Shown here piece by piece: positions 9,078 through 16,910 of a stretch of 25,326 nt of DNA. The notes under the pieces are model-generated. The model was not told the DNA's origin. It ran no database searches and was given only the letters and a program-made list of their open reading frames with translations. The stretch's first letter is position 1. Every line of letters starts with the position of its first letter. The translations under genes and the position numbers were made by a program. This DNA comes from Candidatus Thorarchaeota archaeon (GTDB lineage: Archaea; Asgardarchaeota; Thorarchaeia; Thorarchaeales; Thorarchaeaceae): positions 1-25,326 of the forward strand of contig JAEOTX010000154.1 of NCBI GenBank assembly GCA_016839605.1. The letters are read 5' to 3'.

Positions 9078-9115
9078 GCACCCTTATTCTTAAATTCGCT
9101 CAGAACTAATGTATG
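9078..9115 (+). promoter_or_regulatory. Putative promoter module shared with 4137-4174
   Basis: gcacccttattcttaaattcgctcagaactaatgtatg; TTAAAT lies 60 nt upstream of GTG 9150. Confidence 0.5.
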
Positions 9116-9149
9116 ACGCCTTCAATCTGCTTAACCTGGGAGTGGTTAT

Positions 9150-9884
9150 GTGAAAAGGCGTAAAAAATTTGCAATCGTATATTTAGTCTGTATGCTGGCG
9201 GTTCCTGTTTCTGTTGCAGCGAATAATCAAGGTCTAAGATGGGTGGGAGAAGTTGGAAACCAATTTGAGTTCTCTTTTACACTCATTCGAAATACATCTT
9301 GTTTCTCCCCAGTATTTTGTGAAGAACTGTGCATAGAAAACGAAGCTATGTATATGGAGATAGACTCCCTCTTACCAATACCCGATAACCTTCAATTCTT
9401 TGAAGAGATACCATCACCTGAGGTTTCATTATACTATAAGAATGGCACAATTCTAAGTCTTTCAGATTTCATGATGATGTTTCCCCAGATTGGTAAGCAG
9501 TTCATATTGCCTGTCGGCAACTGGCACCTTCTTACCGCATTGCCATCAAATGCGACCACTACCACAACTACCATCACTACCACTGCAACCACCGGTAACT
9601 TCGAATCGACTCAAATAGACAATTTAACTCATTGGGGTTGGCTATGGTCGTTCTCAGACTCTCAAACCCAGCAGGAAGGAATTCACGCATACTATAAAGC
9701 AGATGGAGTTCTTGGGTACTATACAAGAAGCATTGTTAGTGACACGGAATTAGTGACAATTTCATTCATCCGACTGAATCCACCTGATCCAGTTCCTCCA
9801 GCAATCGGAATCATAGAGCTTGGCATAGTAATTGGGGGAGTGACTGCAGTGGTTGTCATTGTTGTAATGAAAAGAAAGACGTAG
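9150..9884 (+). CDS. Secreted membrane-anchored protein, 'ANNQGL' family paralog 1 (cassette 5)
   Basis: Signal peptide, AANNQGLRWV, YMEIDSLLPIPD, ILPVGNW, a Thr-rich tract and a C-terminal TM with basic tail. Confidence 0.85.
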   Translation: MKRRKKFAIVYLVCMLAVPVSVAANNQGLRWVGEVGNQFEFSFTLIRNTSCFSPVFCEELCIENEAMYMEIDSLLPIPDNLQFFEEIPSPEVSLYYKNGTILSLSDFMMMFPQIGKQFILPVGNWHLLTALPSNATTTTTTITTTATTGNFESTQIDNLTHWGWLWSFSDSQTQQEGIHAYYKADGVLGYYTRSIVSDTELVTISFIRLNPPDPVPPAIGIIELGIVIGGVTAVVVIVVMKRKT

Positions 9885-9917
9885 AGAATTGAATTAAGAA
9901 ACCTCAGTTGACATCAG

Positions 9918-10001
9918 TTTTCAATTCCAATGAAACAGGTACGACATGGCAACCCTGGTATAGGCGCTACAAAAAGCAGCACTTACGTGCCTCTGAAGTA
10001 G
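9918..10001 (+). repeat. rps19 3'-end repeat, copy 5
   Basis: Encodes [27 protein letters not shown] (A>T in the core). Confidence 0.97.
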
Positions 10002-10095
10002 ATCTGCGGGTTTCTTAAGCCCCCCATCTTTTCTCATCAACTGACAAACAGCCTGCCAGCACTCTCTCTCAATACGTTTAATAGATGACTATTCT

Positions 10096-10869
10096 GTGCG
10101 CTCCTCGACTTCACATGGAGGGGCAATGATGTTCTGGAACTTGAAATTGAAGACTCTATTGGGATCTTTTTTTATGGTATTCTTTTTGCTTTCACAAGTT
10201 ACTTGTGCGGCAGCCGCAAACAACCAAGGTCTAGAGTGGGGCATCGATGTGAGTGATCGTATCGACTATGATATAGAGATAGAGTTTCGTAATTCGACAC
10301 TAGATTTTGAGATAGATGACGGGATGTATCTGATTATTGATAACCTACCTGTCATCAATGATGACATCATTGGCCTTTCGGAGTTGTGCCTTCCAACGAT
10401 GGTTTTGAACCACTACACGACATATTGGGAGAATGAAACTCCCATGGACTTTTTCTGGGAGAGATATGTGAATATGGAACCGGTGGATATACTTCCCATT
10501 GGTAACTGGACTCTGATGACTCAACTGTTGGAAGACGCCACACCGACAGCGGATATGACCCAAAATTCTTCGACCTTGAGTTTCACAGTCTTGAACCTAC
10601 CAAACCCAGGCAATGAACTGACTACGATCTTTTCGAAGACCGATGGTATGCCTGTATATCATCTTTACAACGTAACATGGGGAATGGACACAACTATCGT
10701 AGTAGAGCTAGAGAGAATTCTTCCGTCAACAACCAGCTCCATTCCAGTAACTACCTCTGGTTCAACGAGCGCTCCACCACCTGGCAATAACACTATCCCC
10801 ATGACACTAGGAGCTATTGCTGTAGCTGTAGTAGTCATTCTGATGTTGGTCTTTCTACGTAGAGGATAG
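10096..10869 (+). CDS. Secreted membrane-anchored protein, 'ANNQGL' family paralog 2 (cassette 6)
   Basis: AANNQGLEWGI, YLIIDNLPVIND, ILPIGNW, a Ser/Thr/Pro linker and a C-terminal TM. The true start is probably the downstream ATG (~10126) after GGAGG. Confidence 0.85.
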   Translation: MRSSTSHGGAMMFWNLKLKTLLGSFFMVFFLLSQVTCAAAANNQGLEWGIDVSDRIDYDIEIEFRNSTLDFEIDDGMYLIIDNLPVINDDIIGLSELCLPTMVLNHYTTYWENETPMDFFWERYVNMEPVDILPIGNWTLMTQLLEDATPTADMTQNSSTLSFTVLNLPNPGNELTTIFSKTDGMPVYHLYNVTWGMDTTIVVELERILPSTTSSIPVTTSGSTSAPPPGNNTIPMTLGAIAVAVVVILMLVFLRRG

Positions 10870-10932
10870 ATACCACACGGCAACCCGGGGATAGGTGCAA
10901 CGAAAAGCAGTGCTTACGTGCCTCTGAAGTAG
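10867..10932 (+). repeat. rps19 3'-end repeat, copy 6 (5'-truncated)
   Basis: tag ata cca cac ggc aac ccg ggg ata ggt gca acg aaa agc agt gct tac gtg cct ctg aag tag. [18 protein letters not shown] is intact and abuts the stop of the upstream ORF. Confidence 0.95.
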
Positions 10933-11086
10933 ATTTACTGGTTTCTTAGTTTTTTTGATGAAAAGGGGCTTTATGAACGTTCGAGCACAGGATGTTCCGC
11001 GAAGCCCTCCTTCAAGCTTCTATTTCTGTTAACGAAGAACCTGCTTGAAATATCGGATTCTGTAGAATGTGAGCGCAAAATTTGGT

Positions 11087-11779
11087 TTATTCTCTTCTGA
11101 GTACTGCCAGCACCATTAGAATTACTACAGTGCCGGCCATGACCATTCCTGCAATTCCTAGTGGTGAATCAAATGGGAATGGCAAAGTTACTCTTTCAAC
11201 CAGTGAAATCCTGCGTAGGCCATCATAATACTCTCTAACGATCCTTATGTAAGATGTATGAAGTACTCCCGTTGTCCTCACGTAGATATCTGCGAGGGTA
11301 TCTGTTCCTGATTCATGGAAAACCGTGAAATTGTATCCAATGAGGTAAGGTGTGTTGATAATGTCTTGAGTCACGTTTTCCTCAGGTTGATTTGACCACT
11401 GTCCTTCCCAGATATTCACAATAAGGCCCCAGTTGCCAACTGGAAGTACGTCCCAACTAGAAGACCCCTCGATTTCGGTTCCATTTTCATAGAACCGCGA
11501 TGCCCCAACTAAGCGCGAAAGGTTTCTCATTGCGGTGATATCATCTGGGATGCTTGGAAGACTATCGATTATAATGTAGAAATTCTCCTCTCTAGGACTG
11601 GTTTCATTTTGATTTTGTATTGTAAACTCTCCGAAATCGTGATAGTCAAATCTACTCCCGATTGTGACACCCCAATACAGACCCTGATTATTTGCAGCAC
11701 TCACTGGGGTTACAACAATGCACAGAACAAATAGTATAGCCATCAATTGAGAGAATAGACTCTTGGACATATGTCGCAC
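11087..11779 (-). CDS. Secreted membrane-anchored protein, 'ANNQGL' family paralog 3 (cassette 7)
   Basis: AANNQGLYWGV, YIIIDSLPSIPDD, YENGT, VLPVGNW and a C-terminal TM. Confidence 0.85.
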   Translation of the reverse strand: MRHMSKSLFSQLMAILFVLCIVVTPVSAANNQGLYWGVTIGSRFDYHDFGEFTIQNQNETSPREENFYIIIDSLPSIPDDITAMRNLSRLVGASRFYENGTEIEGSSSWDVLPVGNWGLIVNIWEGQWSNQPEENVTQDIINTPYLIGYNFTVFHESGTDTLADIYVRTTGVLHTSYIRIVREYYDGLRRISLVERVTLPFPFDSPLGIAGMVMAGTVVILMVLAVLRRE

Positions 11780-12160
11780 CTCAACTTACGAATCTGTCAA
11801 TGTTCCTCTACCTAGATATTGATGGCTCTCTGAAACTATAAACATTTGTTCCCAATTCGCTTGACAATGGCGACTGCAATGACTGTGTTGTGCAGAGAAA
11901 GGAGGGTGCTGGAACAAGAGAAACCAGCTACTATAGATCTTCACTTAGCTACACAAAGTGATGATTACGGCTTCAAAGGATAAGGATAGAGAGAAAGCGC
12001 TCAGCAGCAGCTGTGAATCCATTAGAATGGATTCCTAACGAGGATGTAACCCTCTACGTAGGATTGTGATGTGTTCTCGTCCAGAAGAATCAACCTTACG
12101 TTGCTCCGATGCCTATTGGTCCAGCTAGTGGTACATTCCTTAATCGCTCAGCAGTCATAA

Positions 12161-12619
12161 ATGCGGATTGCCTTCAATGAGTATTTGAGGGACAATAGAT
12201 TGCCTTGGTGGCCGCAGGTTATTGTAAGACCAAGAGTTCGAATTGTAATGCCCAACCTTGGACTACCCACTTGTCCGCCCAAAGCTGCGGTGTTCAGCGT
12301 TGTAATTCTTGCGGTCCTTTTTGTATTGGGAGGCAACATCTATACACTGATCATGACTCCTCCGCCAATTGCAGGCTTCTCAAATGGATTGCCAAGACTC
12401 TTTGCACCTGGGCTTGATGCCCAGCTCAGCATAGAGGGCATCGTGGCTTCAGTTGTGGCTTTTATTGGTGTTCTGGGACTTAGTCTGATCTACTACTCTT
12501 CTAGATACGTCTTCACCCCTAGCGATGCAACCCGCTTGATGATACTCGGTATGATTCTCACTGGAGTAGCATTCCTCACCTACAGTTACATGTACGCAAT
12601 CAAGATACAAGTGACCTGA
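12161..12619 (+). CDS. OST3/OST6-family oligosaccharyltransferase subunit, OSTC/DC2-like (cassette 7)
   Basis: 152 aa, 3 TM. LFVLGGNIYTLIMTPPPIAG and QLSIEGIVASVVAFIGVLGL match the eukaryotic OSTC/DC2 pattern (GGIIYD.I.EPP..G ... QY..EGL..S..F..G.LG) from recall; no search was run. Confidence 0.75.
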   Translation: MRIAFNEYLRDNRLPWWPQVIVRPRVRIVMPNLGLPTCPPKAAVFSVVILAVLFVLGGNIYTLIMTPPPIAGFSNGLPRLFAPGLDAQLSIEGIVASVVAFIGVLGLSLIYYSSRYVFTPSDATRLMILGMILTGVAFLTYSYMYAIKIQVT

Positions 12620-12650
12620 TCTAAGCTCCTGCAACTCATATGCGCTGCAC

Positions 12651-12689
12651 GAGCGCGTGACAGGACCTCAGGCTGGACCTTACGCCTAG
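12651..12689 (+). repeat. Second repeat family, copy B (ERVTGPQAGPYA*)
   Basis: gag cgc gtg aca gga cct cag gct gga cct tac gcc tag; intergenic; matches 8373-8398. Confidence 0.7.
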
Positions 12690-12787
12690 TGCAGAATCTT
12701 TGTCGTCTTTCTAGTACGTATGTCAGCCCAACGGCTCATTTATCTAAATACGCCTATTGGATTGGCACCGAGGACGGGTTGATTGCA

Positions 12788-13438
12788 ATGACCAGCGATG
12801 ATCTCCACAACGATTTATACGGCGTGAATCCGAGAGTCATAGCTGCGATAATGGGTGTCTTCACACTATTGACACCTTATGGCTATCTGCCTAGTTGGTG
12901 GGCTCTTGGGTACCCTTTTGTATACCCAGAGCCGGGCTTTATATACTCCCTCCTCTGGGCCTTTAGCTCCCGTGCCGGGAGTGTGGGACTTCACAACTAT
13001 GTCGTCTACAACCCTGCTCTCCTTTGGGCCACGCTTCCTCTCAGCATATGCAATGTCATCTTTGCTTTGAAAGTCGTGAGGTACTATCAGGACAGAACCA
13101 GCAAAGACAGCGTCTTAAGATGGGCAATTGTTGCATTTATCGTACCTATCCTTGCTCTGTTTGTCCAGGGGGCAATCTGGATTGTAATCGGAGCACTGTT
13201 CGATCCCACTATAGCGTTTGGAGCAGGTTTTCAGCCATATTTCGGCCCCATTCCAATTCAGATTGCAGTAGGACTATTCATTGTGTACCATATCCCAGCC
13301 CCAGAACTAGTCACTCCATGGACAGCCCCCGAGAGAGATGAATCATGGTGGATAGAAGAAGATATCGAAGAGTCACATTTTGCAGAGCTCTTCATCACAA
13401 TGGAAGAACTCGATGAGATATACAAGATGTGGGACTGA
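12788..13438 (+). CDS. Hypothetical membrane protein with acidic C-terminal tail (cassette 7)
   Basis: Several TM helices. ATG 12788 is preferred over GTG 12689. Confidence 0.75.
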   Translation: MTSDDLHNDLYGVNPRVIAAIMGVFTLLTPYGYLPSWWALGYPFVYPEPGFIYSLLWAFSSRAGSVGLHNYVVYNPALLWATLPLSICNVIFALKVVRYYQDRTSKDSVLRWAIVAFIVPILALFVQGAIWIVIGALFDPTIAFGAGFQPYFGPIPIQIAVGLFIVYHIPAPELVTPWTAPERDESWWIEEDIEESHFAELFITMEELDEIYKMWD

Positions 13439-13485
13439 CTTGTTTTGGAATTGCACAAGCTAGACGGAGCTGTATCGGGTCATTC

Positions 13486-13776
13486 TTACAGCGTTGCTGA
13501 GCCTCCCTCTGGCAAAGAACGAATTTGGATTATGAGGTCTATGGTTTGAATGGTTGTCGAGAGTAGGTAGGTCTCTAGAGTGAGAGGGGAAATATGATAA
13601 AACAGGAATGAAACGGATGGGATTAGAAGCAGGAAGGATGCGAGTTGCCAGAAGATGAAACATGCAATACACGTATAGATTCGGCCTCTCTTGTCCTTTA
13701 CAGCAACTCTACCAATTGCATAGGGGAGGGCCAAAACGAGAATGCTAGGCGGATCGATGATAACGAGGATACTCAA
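13486..13776 (-). CDS. Small hypothetical membrane protein (cassette 7)
   Basis: 96-aa hydrophobic ORF; start uncertain. Confidence 0.45.
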   Translation of the reverse strand: MSILVIIDPPSILVLALPYAIGRVAVKDKRGRIYTCIACFIFWQLASFLLLIPSVSFLFYHISPLTLETYLLSTTIQTIDLIIQIRSLPEGGSATL

Positions 13777-13898
13777 ATCTCAAACCACGTTATGATATAC
13801 ACCTTTTCTCGCCAAATGATTTTCGAATCATGGAATCACACTTCTGTAAGTTTGCAATCATACCGCTATTACTCGTCCTTTTTTGCCACTGTCTAAAG

Positions 13899-13982
13899 TT
13901 TAGCAACCCTATGAAACAGGTACGACACGACAACCCGGGGATAGGTGCAACCTAGAGCAGCGCTTACGTGCCTCTAAAATGA
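13899..13982 (+). repeat. rps19 3'-end repeat, copy 7 (decaying)
   Basis: Encodes [26 protein letters not shown], with G>D and K>TAG. The first Ser is encoded by AGC instead of TCA. Confidence 0.96.
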
Positions 13983-14058
13983 TGTCAAAGCAATAATAGC
14001 CAATATCAATTTGCACCTATGTGGATTTCTTGCAATGTTCCATCTCATTCGAGTTGTT

Positions 14059-14976
14059 TCATTCCCTCTTGAGATAAATCGCAATTCCCAAAGCTAGACA
14101 AATCATGGCAACTAGAGTAGTCACGAGTATTAGGTCATGTCCATTAGCACTTGGGAATGTTGATACTGAACCACTGAGCTTATGCAAAGTTGCCGAACCC
14201 AAACCTTCGCAAGTCCAAAATGCTCCATCAAACCAAGTTAGACCACTACTAGCTCCATCGGTTTCCATAACACCAATTGATTGTAGAGAGTTCCCATAGG
14301 AATCAGCTGCTTCCCACACATGAATTGTATCCAAGGATGTGCCAGGTTTTGAGCAGTAAAGGACTCCACCCACTTCAACGAAATCCTGAATGTTATTAGA
14401 TGGTGGAGGTCTAATATCATTCAAGCGAATCCTGCTAAGGTCATACACATAGAGATTACTGGTTCCGTAGTTTGCAATATAGACTCGCTCTAGCAGAGGA
14501 AGGATGCATATTCCGCCCCAGTGCACATTACCGATGGAGCTGCTGTTAATCCACTCATCAATGAACAAAAGGTCAGTATCATATCGGACAATCTTGGAGG
14601 GGTTATTGGGAACAAGCCCTCTTTCTGAAAGTGGAATCCAAAGAAGACCATCATAGAAGACCATCCCTCCGCAATGATTGAGCGTGTCGTCGCGCACAAG
14701 TACTTCATCAATATAGGTTCCGTTAGGGAATAGTTTGTATAACCAAGCATCGCCGTTGCCGATCACAGTTTCTGCGGTGCTGATGTAAAAATATTCTCCA
14801 TCGGTTGCGAGCCCCTCTACTTCACTGTCGGTAAACCATGTGAGTTCAATTGAGAGATCGATCTCTGCAATGTTATACCCCGCTCTCTGTGACTGCGTCA
14901 TGTGAGTGATGGAATTACCAGCAGGCAAAATCAGCAGCAATCCGAGAACCAATGGTAATGCTAAACAGCGACGCAC
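14059..14976 (-). CDS. Secreted, membrane-anchored putative beta-propeller protein (cassette 8)
   Basis: Signal peptide; repeated blade-like motifs (EGLATDGEYFYIS, GGMVFYDGLLWI, SGLTWFDGAFW); C-terminal TM. Confidence 0.75.
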   Translation of the reverse strand: MRRCLALPLVLGLLLILPAGNSITHMTQSQRAGYNIAEIDLSIELTWFTDSEVEGLATDGEYFYISTAETVIGNGDAWLYKLFPNGTYIDEVLVRDDTLNHCGGMVFYDGLLWIPLSERGLVPNNPSKIVRYDTDLLFIDEWINSSSIGNVHWGGICILPLLERVYIANYGTSNLYVYDLSRIRLNDIRPPPSNNIQDFVEVGGVLYCSKPGTSLDTIHVWEAADSYGNSLQSIGVMETDGASSGLTWFDGAFWTCEGLGSATLHKLSGSVSTFPSANGHDLILVTTLVAMICLALGIAIYLKRE

Positions 14977-15115
14977 TTCTTACAACCAAATGGAGCTCTT
15001 GATTTGATGTTCATAAGCTTTGCCGCGGGCGATACGCAATCTTGCAACACGTGTTCCAAGAGATAACAAGATTAAGGTGATTGGAGAATCTTCACTGGAT
15101 TAGGGAGGATTACAG

Positions 15116-15880
15116 GTGCCAGAGCGGCCAAGCGAGAAGTACTATCGTGATACAGCAAGATTCTATGACGCATTTGTAGAGCGGCCAGATGAAACCCTCT
15201 ACCTAGAGCTTGCAGAAAGATTTGGATCGCCTATCCTAGAGCTTGCTTGCGGAACAGGAAGAATCACACTCATTCTTGCACAAGCAGGCTACGATATCAC
15301 AGGAATTGAGCTCTCTCCCGAGATGCTTGAGATTGCACAGGAAAAACTGCAGCAACTCCCTGACGATGTCCAATCAAGGGTTTCATTGAATCATGGAGAT
15401 ATGACGAATTTCAAGCTAGACAAGAAATTTGCAATGGTCATCATACCATGGTCTTTCAAATTTCTACTAACAACAGAAGATCAACTTGCGTGTCTTAGGC
15501 AAGTTCGAAAACATCTGGCTGATGATGGCGTATTCATTCTTGATCTCTACCCACGCGAGATAATAGATTTAGATGAAACAGAGAGGTACACTGTAGAGAT
15601 TGATGGGGCCACCATTACAAGGACTTACACCTATTCTACTGACATTCTGGCCCAGACAAGACGCTGCGATGCAACTGTAGACGTGGTTCATTCAGATGGC
15701 AAAGCTGAGCGAGTAGAGACTAAATCTGTTGTATCATTGATCATGCCAAGAGAGGCTGAACTTCTTGTTAGAACTGCTGGCTTTGAGATTGTTGAAGAAT
15801 ATGGTGGAAATGACTTCTCAGAATACACGCCTGATGACTCGAAGAGGGTATTAGTTCTCAAGAAGAAGACCGATAGTTGA
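15116..15880 (+). CDS. Class I SAM-dependent methyltransferase (cassette 8)
   Basis: ILELACGTGR motif I, GIELSPEML, GDM, HL..DGVFILD. Confidence 0.93.
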   Translation: MPERPSEKYYRDTARFYDAFVERPDETLYLELAERFGSPILELACGTGRITLILAQAGYDITGIELSPEMLEIAQEKLQQLPDDVQSRVSLNHGDMTNFKLDKKFAMVIIPWSFKFLLTTEDQLACLRQVRKHLADDGVFILDLYPREIIDLDETERYTVEIDGATITRTYTYSTDILAQTRRCDATVDVVHSDGKAERVETKSVVSLIMPREAELLVRTAGFEIVEEYGGNDFSEYTPDDSKRVLVLKKKTDS

Positions 15881-15889
15881 AGCCAGGTT

Positions 15890-15970
15890 GAGTTTCCGTT
15901 GAAACAGGTACAACATGGCAACCTTGGTATAGGCGCAACCAAGAATAGTGCATACGTGCCTCTGAAGTGA
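15890..15970 (+). repeat. rps19 3'-end repeat, copy 8 (most degenerate)
   Basis: Encodes EF--PLKQVQHGNLGIGATKNSAYVPLK*: 4 amino-acid changes plus an apparent 6-nt deletion. Confidence 0.93.
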
Positions 15971-15978
15971 TGAATTTA

Positions 15979-16908
15979 TTATTGTGACTGACGTTTCCAA
16001 TATACTACAATTGACAAGACAGCGACTGCAATGACTGATACAGATATCAACAATGGCAATATCAGGCCATCCTCATGATTTAGTATTGGGTTCCTATTTG
16101 GTCCAACACTACCAGTTGGTACTCCAGCAGGGAGCTCATTCACAACGTGCACGGTTACATTGTCTATACCTGTGCTAAATCCACCATCCACGGATAATCG
16201 ATAGACATGATCCCCCGAGGGGAGGCCGTCCACATTGATAGTCAAAGACCCGACCCATATGTGCTTTTCAAGAATAAGCCCATCCTTCAATAGCGTATAG
16301 TAGAACCCACCGTACACAGTTTCCCAGGTTACTTCATGACCTGTAGACCCCACTAAATACCATAAATCAGGAGTATCGTATAAATCACCATCATAATCAG
16401 CAGTCCATGTTATCTGAGCCAGTCCAAATTCCATAATGGGCGACTGTGCAACGTTTCCGAGTGTGTCATTTGCTATATAATACACCTGGCGATAGGTATC
16501 ATAAAGATACCATCCTGTAGAGTTATAGAAGAATTCGAGTGTGGTTGTGAAAATGTCACCACTGCCAGCACTACGTGTCATCGGAGTCTGATTCCAATCA
16601 CTGCTTCCTCGATTGGCGTAGTACATAATCACCGAGTCAATACCGTCAGGATCCCTTGCCAGGACACTCACAGTAAGAGTGTAGTCGAAGTTGGCAGCAG
16701 CATAATATTTCCGGGGATAGTATTCCATGGTGGGATTGCTACCTTCACCAGGAATGTCAGACTCATCAGCAATCATCCATTTCTCATTATAGAGCTCAGC
16801 TGATTGGCTATCTAACAGCAATTCATTTGATGAAGGGTAATTGGAGCTGATTGCAACAACATGTAGCATTAGAAAGAGGATTAGGACGCTTCTGGCATCA
16901 ACTCTCAT
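15979..16908 (-). CDS. Secreted, membrane-anchored hypothetical protein; paralog of 2941-3936
   Basis: Long shared blocks with the cassette-2 protein; signal peptide and C-terminal TM. Confidence 0.85.
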   Translation of the reverse strand: MRVDARSVLILFLMLHVVAISSNYPSSNELLLDSQSAELYNEKWMIADESDIPGEGSNPTMEYYPRKYYAAANFDYTLTVSVLARDPDGIDSVIMYYANRGSSDWNQTPMTRSAGSGDIFTTTLEFFYNSTGWYLYDTYRQVYYIANDTLGNVAQSPIMEFGLAQITWTADYDGDLYDTPDLWYLVGSTGHEVTWETVYGGFYYTLLKDGLILEKHIWVGSLTINVDGLPSGDHVYRLSVDGGFSTGIDNVTVHVVNELPAGVPTGSVGPNRNPILNHEDGLILPLLISVSVIAVAVLSIVVYWKRQSQ

Positions 16909-16910
16909 GC

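Larger units (their letters stand above)
1316..15970. mobile_element. Tandem gene-cassette array / genomic island anchored at the rps19 3' end (8 cassettes delimited by rps19-tail direct repeats)
   Basis: Same-strand copies of the rps19 tail end at 2915, 4113, ~7279, 9036, 10001, 10932, 13982 and 15970. All are intergenic and bracket whole genes. Mobility is inferred. Confidence 0.85.

Noticed and set aside
9552-9594. ACC/ACT/ACA-rich tract
   Set aside because: An ordinary Thr-rich linker within a surface protein.
11870-11885. 16-nt exact match GCGACTGCAATGACTG with 16022-16037
   Set aside because: It corresponds to low-complexity TM-anchor codons (VIAVA) on the minus strand; at most a gene remnant, too short to support.
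1229-15970. CRISPR array or classical integron attC interpretation of the repeats
   Set aside because: The repeats are 55-87 nt of protein-coding sequence separated by kb-sized gene-bearing units. There are no cas or intI genes, no attC-like long palindrome, and cargo occurs in both orientations.
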